A DNA stretch of 64,000 nt, from assembly GCA_963773685.1 (NCBI GenBank), contig CAVZBY010000005.1, positions 72,709 through 136,708 on the forward strand, given 5' to 3'. Positions 39,091 to 48,750 of this stretch are shown here, in pieces. Source of the DNA: Candidatus Aminicenantes bacterium (GTDB lineage: Bacteria > Acidobacteriota > Aminicenantia > Aminicenantales > Saccharicenantaceae). Position numbers and translations under genes: made by a program. How positions within the stretch are numbered: position 1 is the stretch's first letter; each line of letters opens with the position of its first letter. The notes under the pieces are model-generated. The model searched no databases, was not told the DNA's origin, and worked only from the letters and a program-made list of their open reading frames with translations.

Positions 39091-40794
39091 TTGAAAAGCG
39101 TCATCGACACAAGCCATCTCCTGGACCCCGGCTCCCGGAGGCAAAGGCTGGCCCTCGCGTTTCTGCTGTCTTTCCTGGTTCGGGCCCTGCTCGCGATCCC
39201 CGTCGTCGGGTATGGCACGCCGCCGAAGTTCGACGAGCAGTCGTATTTCCGGCGGGCCGAGGCGTTCGAAGGCATCCTGAAGGACGCTGCTCGCTTTCGC
39301 ACCCCTCAGGCGGACGAGCGGGACACGTTCTACGATAGCGGGTACCGGCCCCCGTTCCAGTCCGTCGTGATGTCCTTGGGGATGCTTTTCCTGGGAAACA
39401 GCGCCGCTGCCGCCCGCTTCGTGATGGTCCTCCTTTCGGCCCTGACAACGGTCCTCATCCTCCTGGTCACGGAGCGGCTGGCCGGCCCGAGGGCGGGCTT
39501 GGCGGCCGCGGCCTTGCACCTGGCTTACCCGAGCTTCGTGGCCTTTTCCCATTATCTTTGGGCGGAGACTACGTTCATCTTCCTGCTTTTCCTGTCCCTG
39601 TATATGGCTCTCCTCATCCCGGATTGCCGGGGATCGCGGGGAAGGGCCGGGCTTTCCATTCTCCTGGGCGTCGTCTTCGGCTGTCTGGCCCAGACCCGCT
39701 CGGCGGCCTTCCTGCCGATGCTCATCCTTCTCGTCTGGATCGTGGCGGCATCGAAAGGGATGCGCGCGAAGATCTTGAGCCCCGTCCTGGTCCTGGTCTT
39801 CTCCTTCCTCACCATTCTTCCTTGGGAGGTCACCCTCTATCGCCGGGAGCACAAGATCCTGCCGTTGGCGAACAACACCGGGATCCTCTACTTCGTCCAT
39901 AATCCCTGGCGAAGCGTAGAAGGGGAGGATTCCGACGAGAGCATCCGCCGGCACATCTGGGAGGCCACGAGGGCGTACGCGCAGGAGCGGTCCGTCGACA
40001 TCGAGGCCGCGGCCACGGCCCTGGCCCTGAAGGAGATCACGTCCCATTTCGGGACGTTCGTGGCCCGGTGCGCTCGAGAGGCCGCGTTTCTCTGGACGTT
40101 CGACTTCTTCCCCGTCCGCCATGTCGTCAACGCCGTTTACCCCCCCCTGCCGGTCGGCTTGGTCCTCCCTCTGGTCATCGTCCTTGCGGGGAGCGCCGTC
40201 GTCCTCTATCTGCTCATTCTGAAGGGTCTGATGGTGCGAACGGCGCCGTTCCGGAAAAAAACCCTGCTCCTCGTCCTCGTGGCCGGAGGAGCGGCGCCCT
40301 ATGTGCTCTCCTACGGGAACAGCCGGTACAACCTGCCGCAGATCGCGCTCCTTCTGCCCATCGCGGGCTTCGGACTGGCGTATTTCCGGGAGAGGACCCG
40401 GGGGTTCCTCCCGCTCGCTCTGCTCCTGGCGGCCGGGTCCATCGTCCTTTTCGTTAAAAGCTATCCGGGGTACGTCTCTCCCGGGATCAGGCCCAGCAGT
40501 ATCTATTCCGGGCCGGTCGGCCAAATGGACAAGCTTTGCCGGACGCGGTCACTGTATGGGGACGAGTTCTTTCTGGAAGATCCCGGGGTAAAGTCCCCGG
40601 CCTATGTGACCCTGACCATCCTCAATGCGGACGGAAGCGATTATTCCTTCAGTCAGGAGGAGCCCCGGGACCAGCAACGGATCCTCATCGCGCCGAGGAG
40701 GACGCGGGCCTTCTTGGTCGTTTTCGCGAAAGCGCCCCGGGTTCCGCTGAAACTGAGGGTTTCCTCGCCCGAAAGAGGGGGGAGGTCGAATTGA
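39091..40794 (+). CDS. ArnT/PMT-like (GT39/GT83-type) polytopic glycosyltransferase
   Basis: 567 aa with about 11 transmembrane segments. The first loop, GYGTPPKFDEQSYFRRA, contains a DE/DxD-like motif, which is typical GT-C architecture. Divergent from the UbiA/methyltransferase pair. Confidence 0.7.
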   Translation: MKSVIDTSHLLDPGSRRQRLALAFLLSFLVRALLAIPVVGYGTPPKFDEQSYFRRAEAFEGILKDAARFRTPQADERDTFYDSGYRPPFQSVVMSLGMLFLGNSAAAARFVMVLLSALTTVLILLVTERLAGPRAGLAAAALHLAYPSFVAFSHYLWAETTFIFLLFLSLYMALLIPDCRGSRGRAGLSILLGVVFGCLAQTRSAAFLPMLILLVWIVAASKGMRAKILSPVLVLVFSFLTILPWEVTLYRREHKILPLANNTGILYFVHNPWRSVEGEDSDESIRRHIWEATRAYAQERSVDIEAAATALALKEITSHFGTFVARCAREAAFLWTFDFFPVRHVVNAVYPPLPVGLVLPLVIVLAGSAVVLYLLILKGLMVRTAPFRKKTLLLVLVAGGAAPYVLSYGNSRYNLPQIALLLPIAGFGLAYFRERTRGFLPLALLLAAGSIVLFVKSYPGYVSPGIRPSSIYSGPVGQMDKLCRTRSLYGDEFFLEDPGVKSPAYVTLTILNADGSDYSFSQEEPRDQQRILIAPRRTRAFLVVFAKAPRVPLKLRVSSPERGGRSN

Positions 40795-40967
40795 CGCCCA
40801 CCGATCGGGTCTATTGGGACCGGTTCCGGGAGATCGGCCTCGGGGGTCTCCGGCTGAGGTGGCGGGGCGGCCGTTGAGCCCTGCGGCGGCCCGCCCGCGT
40901 CCCGCAAAAGGTCATTGTTATTGATGAGGAAATCCTGCAATAATGGAGCCAGCGGGGTGAGAACGGA

Positions 40968-42380
40968 ATGAAAAACCTCCGGCAGAAAGAGCGCTATGCT
41001 ACCCTGTTCGAGACCATGCCCATCGGGGTGGTCCAACAAGAGACTGACGGGACGATCAGCTACGCCAACGCCGCGGCCCTGCGCATCCTCGGCCTGACCG
41101 AGGACCAGATCATGGGCCGCAACTCCATTACCCCGGATTGGCGCGCCGTCAGCGAGGACGGCAACGATTTTCCCGGGGAGAGGCACCCGTCGATGTTGGC
41201 TCTGCGGACCGGCGCGGAGGTCCGGGGCACCATCATGGGCGTGTTCAATCCCGTGACCGGATCGAACACATGGATCAGCATCAACGCCGTTCCCCTGTTC
41301 GAGCAGGGGACGGAGCGGCCCTCCGGCGTTTACACGACGTTCGAGGACATCACCCAACAGCGCAACGCCGAAAAAGAGCTCCGGGACAGCGAGGAACGAT
41401 ACCGCATGCTCTTCCGTTCCAACGTCGCCGGCATGGCCCTCCACCAGATCATTCAGGACCCGGCCGGGCGGCCGGTGAATTACTGCTTTCTGGACGTCAA
41501 TCCGGCCTTCGAGCGGCTGACCGGCCTCCGGGCCAAGGATGTCGTCGGCCGAACCGTCCTCGATATCCTTCCGGGGACCGACGCTTCCCTGATCGAGCGC
41601 TACGGCCGGGTCGCCCTGACCGGCGAACCGGAGTCCTTCGAGATCCTCCATCCCGATCTGAGCCGGCATTATGCCGTCAACGCCTATTCTCCGAGGCCGG
41701 GGCAATTCGCCGCGATCTTCGTGGACATCACCGAGCGCAAGGCGGCCGAAGCCCGCGTCAAGGCCCTCCTGGGCGACAGGGAGCTGCTCCTGAAAGAGGT
41801 CCACCACAGGGTCAAGAACAACCTGGCGACGATCGCCGGCCTGCTCTCGCTCCAGGCTCGCGCTCTCTCGGACAGCGAGGCCGCGTCGGCCCTGAAGGAT
41901 ACGCGGGCCCGCGTCGAGACGATGATGAAGATCTATGACCGGCTTTATCGCTCGGGCGAATACCGCGAGATGCCCATCAAGCCTTACCTCTCGAGCCTCG
42001 TCCGGGATGTCGCCGCGGTATTATCCGGGCGGGCGGAGATCGGGATCGAGGAGAGGATCGACGACATCATGCTCCCGTCCGGTTCGGTGTTCCCCATAGG
42101 GATCATTATCCATGAGCTGATCACGAACGCCTTCAAGTACGCCTTCCCCGACGGGCGGTCGGGGACGATCCGTGTCTCGCTGGCCGACCGAGGGCCGGAG
42201 GGCCTGGAGCTTCGCGTCGGGGACGACGGAGTCGGTCTTCCGGCATCGACGGATCCCGCCGACCCGATCGGCTTCGGATTCACCCTGGTTCAGCTGCTCT
42301 CCGATCAGCTGGGCGGGCGCATCGAGATCGATCGGAACAAAGGGACCGAATTCCGCATCCTCTTCCCCGGGCCCAAATAG
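40968..42380 (+). CDS. PAS-domain sensor histidine kinase (HisKA_2 / HWE-type H-box)
   Basis: Two PAS repeats, the H-box LLKEVHHRVKNNLATIAGLLSLQA, and a HATPase_c region with HELITNAFKYAF and VGDDGVGL. No adjacent response regulator. Confidence 0.85.
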   Translation: MKNLRQKERYATLFETMPIGVVQQETDGTISYANAAALRILGLTEDQIMGRNSITPDWRAVSEDGNDFPGERHPSMLALRTGAEVRGTIMGVFNPVTGSNTWISINAVPLFEQGTERPSGVYTTFEDITQQRNAEKELRDSEERYRMLFRSNVAGMALHQIIQDPAGRPVNYCFLDVNPAFERLTGLRAKDVVGRTVLDILPGTDASLIERYGRVALTGEPESFEILHPDLSRHYAVNAYSPRPGQFAAIFVDITERKAAEARVKALLGDRELLLKEVHHRVKNNLATIAGLLSLQARALSDSEAASALKDTRARVETMMKIYDRLYRSGEYREMPIKPYLSSLVRDVAAVLSGRAEIGIEERIDDIMLPSGSVFPIGIIIHELITNAFKYAFPDGRSGTIRVSLADRGPEGLELRVGDDGVGLPASTDPADPIGFGFTLVQLLSDQLGGRIEIDRNKGTEFRILFPGPK

Positions 42381-42401
42381 GTCCTTGAAGCTCCCCCCCT
42401 C

Positions 42402-42462
42402 CCGTCTCGATACTCTCGTCAATCTCGCTCGAATGGGGAGGCGCCAGTCTCGCGCGTCTCGC
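42402..42462 (-). repeat. tandem 9-nt array (GCGAGAC-NN), 3 + 2 units split by 16 nt
   Basis: Plus strand reads ccGTCTCGA taCTCTCGT caATCTCGC -16 nt- caGTCTCGC gcGTCTCGC. Confidence 0.7.
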
Positions 42463-42469
42463 TTGATGA

Positions 42470-42499
42470 TAGACACGGGCGGCGGGCTGGTGATAAAAT
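42470..42499 (+). promoter_or_regulatory. candidate sigma70-type promoter of eno
   Basis: TAGACA (42470-42475), 18-nt spacer ending in TGa, TAAAAT (42494-42499). The RBS GAGGAG precedes the ATG at 42536. Confidence 0.4.
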
Positions 42500-42532
42500 G
42501 CTCTGGCAAAACAGGAAGGTAAGAGGAGATAA

Positions 42533-43819
<1,287 letters not shown>

Positions 43820-43921
43820 TCGGCTGCCGGATCTTCGCGCCGGACTCGCAGCCGTCGGCTCAGCCCATAACCGCAGTAGCCGGATTGCCTATGAAAGGTA
43901 GTCTCAGGCTTGGCTGTGAAC

Positions 43922-43976
43922 TGTAGCCGCAGGCTTCAGCCTGCGTCTTAGCTCAGGCTAAAGCCTGAGGCTACAT
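43922..43976. repeat. REP inverted doublet
   Basis: tGTAGCC-GCAGGC-TTCA-GCCTGC-g (43922-43945), then gCTCAGGC-TAAA-GCCTGAG-GCTACat (43951-43976). Confidence 0.85.
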
Positions 43977-44029
43977 CAGGATAAAGCCAAGACCCAAATA
44001 TGAGGCGGGGTTCGGCCCTTAGGCTCGGC
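43951..44029 (+). repeat. copy A of an approximately 80-bp direct duplication (REP plus a 48-bp tail)
   Basis: gctcaggctaaagcctgaggctacatcaggataaagccaagacccaaatatgaggcggggttcggcccttaggctcggc. It matches 44144-44223 with scattered mismatches. Confidence 0.8.
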
Positions 44030-44037
44030 CAATCTAC

Positions 44038-44061
44038 TGTAGCCGCAGGCTTTAGCCTGCG
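44038..44061 (+). repeat. REP element
   Basis: tGTAGCC-GCAGGC-TTTA-GCCTGC-g, followed by the hairpin CCCCCC-tttcctaaa-GGGGGG (44068-44088) and a G7 run. Confidence 0.85.
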
Positions 44062-44107
44062 CAATTTCCCCCCTTTCCTAAAGGGGGGTGGGGGGGATTT
44101 GCCCGGA

Positions 44108-44131
44108 ACTCAAGCTGAAATCTGAGGCCAT
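44108..44131 (-). repeat. degenerate REP copy
   Basis: aCTCAAGC-TGAAA-TCTGAG-GCCAt. Confidence 0.5.
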
Positions 44132-44143
44132 GACAAGGCAAGA

Positions 44144-44223
44144 ACTCAGGCTTAGGTCTGAGGTTACATTAGGACATAGCCAAGACCCAAATATGAGGCG
44201 GGGTTCGGACCCTTAGTCTCGGC
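44144..44223 (+). repeat. copy B of the approximately 80-bp direct duplication (REP plus a 48-bp tail)
   Basis: actcaggcttaggtctgaggttacattaggacatagccaagacccaaatatgaggcggggttcggacccttagtctcggc. Confidence 0.8.
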
Positions 44224-44264
44224 ATTATTGCTTTCTATCGGTGAGTTCAAACCAGAAAAATCGC

Positions 44265-44294
44265 TTGACAGAGCCATTTCTGTAGTGGTATATG
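44265..44294 (+). promoter_or_regulatory. candidate sigma70-type promoter of the Rrf2 regulator gene
   Basis: TTGACA (44265-44270), 18-nt spacer ending in TGg, TATATG (44289-44294). Confidence 0.5.
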
Positions 44295-44307
44295 ACATTG
44301 TCGATTG

Positions 44308-44323
44308 AATTAGTCGACTAATT
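44308..44323. promoter_or_regulatory. perfect 16-bp palindrome, candidate operator (Rrf2 autoregulation?)
   Basis: AATTAGTCGACTAATT, located between the predicted -10 box and the ATG at 44336. Confidence 0.5.
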
Positions 44324-44335
44324 AGGCCAAGCGAA

Positions 44336-44770
44336 ATGAAACTATCGACCAAGGGCGAATACGCGAGCCGGGCGATGCTGGAGCTTGCCCTCAAGTATGA
44401 CCGGGGGCCCCAGCATATCATCAAGATCTCCCGGGCCCAGGCCATCCCCCAACGGTTCCTCGAACAGATCCTGCTCCTCCTCAAGAGGGCGGGCTATCTC
44501 AAGAGCAAGAAGGGCCCGAAGGGCGGCTATTACCTGGCGAAACCCCCCGCCGAGATCAATGTGGCCGAGGTCATCCGGGTCCTCGAAGGCCCCCTCGCCC
44601 CCATCGATTGCGTCAGCGTCATGGCCCACGAGCCGTGCCCGATGGAGGCGACCTGCGGCCTGCGCTGGCTGTGGAAGGATGTCCGGGACTCGGTGGCGGA
44701 GATCCTGGAGCGGACGACCTTCGCCGATCTCGTCCGGCTGAACGGTCCCATCAATGATCCGGATGAATAA
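44336..44770 (+). CDS. Rrf2-family transcriptional regulator (IscR/CymR-like, three-Cys cluster-ligand pattern)
   Basis: MKLSTKGEYASRAMLELA..., an HTH region (ISRAQAIPQRFLEQILLLLKRAGYLKSKKGPKGGYYLA), and Cys-x8-Cys-x5-Cys (DCVSVMAHEPCPMEATCG). Confidence 0.9.
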   Translation: MKLSTKGEYASRAMLELALKYDRGPQHIIKISRAQAIPQRFLEQILLLLKRAGYLKSKKGPKGGYYLAKPPAEINVAEVIRVLEGPLAPIDCVSVMAHEPCPMEATCGLRWLWKDVRDSVAEILERTTFADLVRLNGPINDPDE

Positions 44771-44775
44771 AAGAT

Positions 44776-44811
44776 GCGAGACGGGCGAGACAAGCGAGAG
44801 AAGCGAGACGA
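44776..44811 (+). repeat. tandem 9-nt array (GCGAGAC-NN) x4
   Basis: GCGAGACgg GCGAGACaa GCGAGAGaa GCGAGACga, starting 6 nt after the Rrf2 stop. Confidence 0.85.
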
Positions 44812-44866
44812 GAGGCCCATTAGGGCATTTTTTGGAGAATGACTGATGGTCGGTGCGGGTTCGAAA

Positions 44867-44929
44867 TGTAGTCGCAGGCTTCAGCCTGCGTTTTAAAAAG
44901 AAGCCTCAGGCTGAAGCCTGAGGCTGCAT
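44867..44929. repeat. REP inverted doublet
   Basis: tGTAGTC-GCAGGC-TTCA-GCCTGC-g (44867-44890), then GCCTCAGGC-TGAA-GCCTGAGGC-TGCAt (44903-44929). Confidence 0.8.
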
Positions 44930-44943
44930 GAAGGAAGCTCGAG

Positions 44944-45963
44944 ATGAGGAGGAACCAGATGAACCGGATGATGCGGACGAAGAGGCTGGGGGCGGCGGCG
45001 GCGATGCTACTGCTTCTCGCGGGCGCGGCCTTCGCCCAGGACAAGGAAAAGGACAAGAAGGAATCTCCTTCCCTGGCCATCAGCAAGGCCTTCAAGCTCA
45101 GCGGCTGGACCCAGGTCCAGTACGTGGATTGGAAGACCGGGATGGACAGTTTCTCGGTCCGGCGGTCGCGACTGACCTTGAGCGGCGACATCATGAAGAA
45201 CATGCACTACAAGATCCAGATGGACATCGCCAAGACCCCGACCCTCCTCGACGCCAGCGTGGACTACGAGTTCTCCAAGGCCGTCCAGCTCCGGGTCGGC
45301 CAGTTCATGGTCCCTTTCAGCCTCGAGAACGTGACGGGCACCTCGGACATCGACATGATCAACCGGTCCCAGCCCGAGGAAAAGCTCGTCCCCGGCCGCG
45401 ATAACTCCGCCCAGGGCCGTGACGTCGGTGTTTCGGTCTTCGGGACATATTCCGTCGTCGATTACACCGCGGCCATCCTCAACGGAGCCGGGATCAACAA
45501 GGCCGACACGAACAGCCACAAGGACCTGGCCGGACGCGTCGTCTTCCGGCCTATCGACCACCTGGCGGTCGGCGGCTCCGTTTATCTGGGCAAGCAGAGC
45601 GCTGCCGCGGAGGCCCCGCTCGTCAAGCGCGACAAGGCCGGACTCGAGCTCGCCCTGGTCTATCCCCGCGCCTCGCTCAAGGCGGAGTACTACTTCGCCA
45701 AGGACGACACGATCTCCCGGGACGGCTGGTACGTCCAAGGCGGGTACTTCGTCCTCCCCAAGAAGGTCCAGGTCCTTCTCAAGGCCGACGCCCTCGATAT
45801 GAACCGGGACCTCGACGGCGACCGGATCAACCGGTATTCGGCCGGCGTCAACTGGTTCATCGCCGGCCGGACGAAGCTCCAGGTCAATTACGAGATCTAC
45901 GACGGCGAGCTCGAGAAGAACGACAACCACGCCATCCTGGCCCAATTCCAGGTGGCGTTCTGA
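44944..45963 (+). CDS. phosphate-selective porin O/P family outer-membrane protein
   Basis: Signal peptide ...AAAMLLLLAGAAFAQ; LSGWTQVQY...RRSRLTLSG...VGQFMVPFSLE; terminal F. The more likely start is the ATG at 44959, which follows the RBS GAGGAGG. Confidence 0.8.
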   Translation: MRRNQMNRMMRTKRLGAAAAMLLLLAGAAFAQDKEKDKKESPSLAISKAFKLSGWTQVQYVDWKTGMDSFSVRRSRLTLSGDIMKNMHYKIQMDIAKTPTLLDASVDYEFSKAVQLRVGQFMVPFSLENVTGTSDIDMINRSQPEEKLVPGRDNSAQGRDVGVSVFGTYSVVDYTAAILNGAGINKADTNSHKDLAGRVVFRPIDHLAVGGSVYLGKQSAAAEAPLVKRDKAGLELALVYPRASLKAEYYFAKDDTISRDGWYVQGGYFVLPKKVQVLLKADALDMNRDLDGDRINRYSAGVNWFIAGRTKLQVNYEIYDGELEKNDNHAILAQFQVAF

Positions 45964-45997
45964 GAGGCGGTCCCGGACCGCGAATAAGGAGAGCATC

Positions 45998-46966
45998 ATG
46001 AAGAAAGCGTTCGTCGCGGCCCTCGCGGCCGTATCCCTGCTGGCCCCCGCGGCCGGCGTGTCCTTCGGGCAGTCCGGAAGCCCCGTTTCCGGCAACCTCA
46101 GCCTCTCAGGAGCCTGGGCCCTCTACCCGATGGCCCTGAAGTGGGTCGAGGAGTTCCAGAAGCTCCATCCGGGCGTCCGGATCGACGTCCAGGCCGGCGG
46201 CGCGGGCAAGGGCATCGCCGACGCCCTGGCGGGCATGGTGGACGTCGGCATGGTCTCCCGCGAGATCAATCCGGCCGAGCTCGAGAAGGGCGCGTTCGCC
46301 GTCGCCGTCACCAAGGACGCCGTGGTTCCCACCCTCAGCGCCCGGCACCCGCTCCTCAAAGAGCTCCTGGCGCGGGGCCTCAAGAGAGAGGAGTTCATCG
46401 GACTCTGGATCACGAAGACCGTCACGTCCTGGGACGCCCTTCTCGGCCGCAAGGGCAAGGCCGAAGCCCACGTCTATACGCGGTCCGACGCCTGCGGCGC
46501 GGCCGAGACCTGGGCCGCTTACATGGGGAAGAAGCAGGAGGACCTCGGCGGGGTCGGCGTTTACGGCGATCCCGGCCTGGCCGACGCGGTCAAGAGGGAC
46601 CCGCTCGGGGTCGGATTCAACAACGTGAACTTCGCCTACGACGCCAAGAGCCTCAAGCCCGTCGCGGGCATCGTCATCCTTCCCATCGATCTCGACGGGA
46701 ACGGGAAGATCGACCCGGCCGAGAGCGTTTACGCGACGCGGAACGACGTCACGAAGGCCATCGCGGACAACGTCTATCCGTCGCCGCCCGCCCGGGACCT
46801 CTATTTCGTCACCAAGGGCAAGCCGGCGAAGCCGGCCCTCGTCGCGTTCCTGAAGTGGGTCCTGACGGAAGGCCAGAAATACGTTCCGGAAACCGGCTAC
46901 ATCCCCCTGAGCGAGGCCAAGCTGGCGGAAGGGCTGGACAAGATCGGGGCGGCTGGGGCAAAATAA
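45998..46966 (+). CDS. pstS: phosphate ABC transporter substrate-binding protein
   Basis: Signal peptide, GSGAG-like region (QAGGAGKGIADALAGMVDVGMVSRE), 322 aa, upstream of pstCAB. Confidence 0.88.
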   Translation: MKKAFVAALAAVSLLAPAAGVSFGQSGSPVSGNLSLSGAWALYPMALKWVEEFQKLHPGVRIDVQAGGAGKGIADALAGMVDVGMVSREINPAELEKGAFAVAVTKDAVVPTLSARHPLLKELLARGLKREEFIGLWITKTVTSWDALLGRKGKAEAHVYTRSDACGAAETWAAYMGKKQEDLGGVGVYGDPGLADAVKRDPLGVGFNNVNFAYDAKSLKPVAGIVILPIDLDGNGKIDPAESVYATRNDVTKAIADNVYPSPPARDLYFVTKGKPAKPALVAFLKWVLTEGQKYVPETGYIPLSEAKLAEGLDKIGAAGAK

Positions 46967-46973
46967 GCGGACC

Positions 46974-47860
46974 ATGAGGCTCTTCAAGGACGTCTTCGCC
47001 AGGAAGACGATGTTCCTGGTGACGCTCGTTCCGAGCGTCCTGGTCCTGCTCATCATCTTCGGGCTCTACCAGAAATCCAAGGCGCTCCTGGGGCTCAAAT
47101 CCCTGGGGACGCTCCTCTTTTCCACGACCTGGTCGCCGCTCAAGGGCGAATTCGGCTTCCTGCCCTTCATCATGGGCACCCTGTGGGTGACGGCCGTCGC
47201 CCTGGTCATCGCCATCCCCGTCTCCCTGTTCACGGCCATCTATCCTCTCGGAGTACGCCCCGAAGGTCTTCCGGGAGCTCGCCAAGCCGGTCATCGACCT
47301 GCTCGCCGGCATCCCCTCGGTCGTCTTCGGGGTTTGGGGCATCATGGTCATCGTCCCCTTCGTCGGCAACGTCCTGGCCCCGCTCTTCGGCGTCTACTCC
47401 AGCGGCTACAGCATCCTGGCCGGCGGCATCGTCCTGGCCATCATGATCTTCCCGACCATCATCCACGTCTCGCTCGAGGTTTTTGCCTCGATCCCCGTCG
47501 CCCTCCGGGAAACGTCCCTCTCCCTCGGCGCGACCCGGTGGGAGACGGTCCGCCACGTCGTCCTCCGGAAGGGCGCCCAGGGGATCCTGGCCGCGGCCAT
47601 CCTCGGCCTGTCCCGGGCGTTCGGCGAAACCATGGCCGTGCTCATGGTCGTCGGCAACGTCCCCTTGGTCCCCAAGTCCCTGTTCCAGCCCGGATACCCC
47701 CTGCCGGCCCTCATCGCCAACAATTACGGGGAGATGATGTCCATCCCCCTCTATGACTCGGCCCTGATGCTGGCCGCCCTGGTCCTTCTCGCCGTCGTCC
47801 TTGTCGCCAGCATCCTCGGGCCGCTGGATCCTGGTCAAGGCGGAACGGAGGGCCGAATGA
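46974..47860 (+). CDS. pstC: phosphate ABC transporter permease PstC, interrupted by a frameshift at about 47244 and probably a second at about 47821
   Basis: ...VSLFTAIY / [32 protein letters not shown]... (EAA-type permease). After removing one C near 47821 the C-terminus reads ...[16 protein letters not shown], with the TGA at 47858-47860 overlapping the pstA ATG (ATGA). Confidence 0.8.
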
Positions 47861-48736
47861 AGCTCGAGACGAGCCCGGCCCATCTCCGCCGCCGGCGGAT
47901 GGTCGAGACCACCGCCCGGGTCCTGATGATCGGCTCGACGGCCCTCGTCATCGGGAGCCTCCTGGCCATCATCGGGGTCATCGTCTGGAAGAGCCTGCCC
48001 GTCCTGAACCTCGACATGATCACCCGGACGCCCAAGGGCGGCTATTACCTGGGCAAGGAAGGCGGCATCCTCAACGCCATCATCGGCTCGCTCTACCTCG
48101 GGGTGGGGGCGACGGCCCTGGCCCTCGTCTTCAGCCTGCCCATCGTCCTCTACCTGAACCTCTATACGAAGAAGAAATCCCGCATCGCCGAACCTGACGC
48201 GCTTCGCCTTCGACGTCCTCTGGGGCATTCCGTCCATCGTCTACGGCGCCTTCGGCTTCGTCCTGATGATGGCCCTCGGCCTCCGGGCCTCGCTCCTGGC
48301 CGGGATCATCACGGTCGCCCTGCTCGAGCTCCCCATCATGTGCCGGGCCATCGACGAGGTCATGGTCCTCGTCCCCCGGGAGCTCACGGACGCCTCCTCG
48401 GCCCTCGGGGCGACGCGGCTCGAGACCGCCCTCAAGGTCGTCATCCGCCAATGCATGCCCGGCATCCTGACGGCCATCCTCATCGCCTTCGGGCGGGGGA
48501 TCGGCGACGCGGCCTCGGTCCTGTTCACGGCCGGGTTCACCGACCGCATCCCGACCTCGCTCCTCCAGCCGGCGGCGACGCTCCCCCTGGCCATCTTCTT
48601 CCAGCTGGGGACGCCCTTCCCGGAGGTCCAGCAGAGGGCCTACGCTTCGGCGGCCGTCCTGACGCTCCTCATCCTCCTCATCAGCCTCGCCTCCCGCCTC
48701 CTCATCAAGCGGCTCACGAAGCACGTCATCAAATGA
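47857..48736 (+). CDS. pstA: phosphate ABC transporter permease PstA, interrupted by a frameshift at about 48190
   Basis: [24 protein letters not shown]...[10 protein letters not shown] / [30 protein letters not shown]..., continued in ORF 48266-48736. Confidence 0.85.
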
Positions 48737-48750
48737 GAGACAGGTAAGCC

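Noticed and set aside
44855-44867. GCGGGTTCGAAAT resembling a tRNA T-arm.
   Set aside because: The following bases (gtagtc) cannot close the T-stem and belong to a REP head. There is no cloverleaf upstream.
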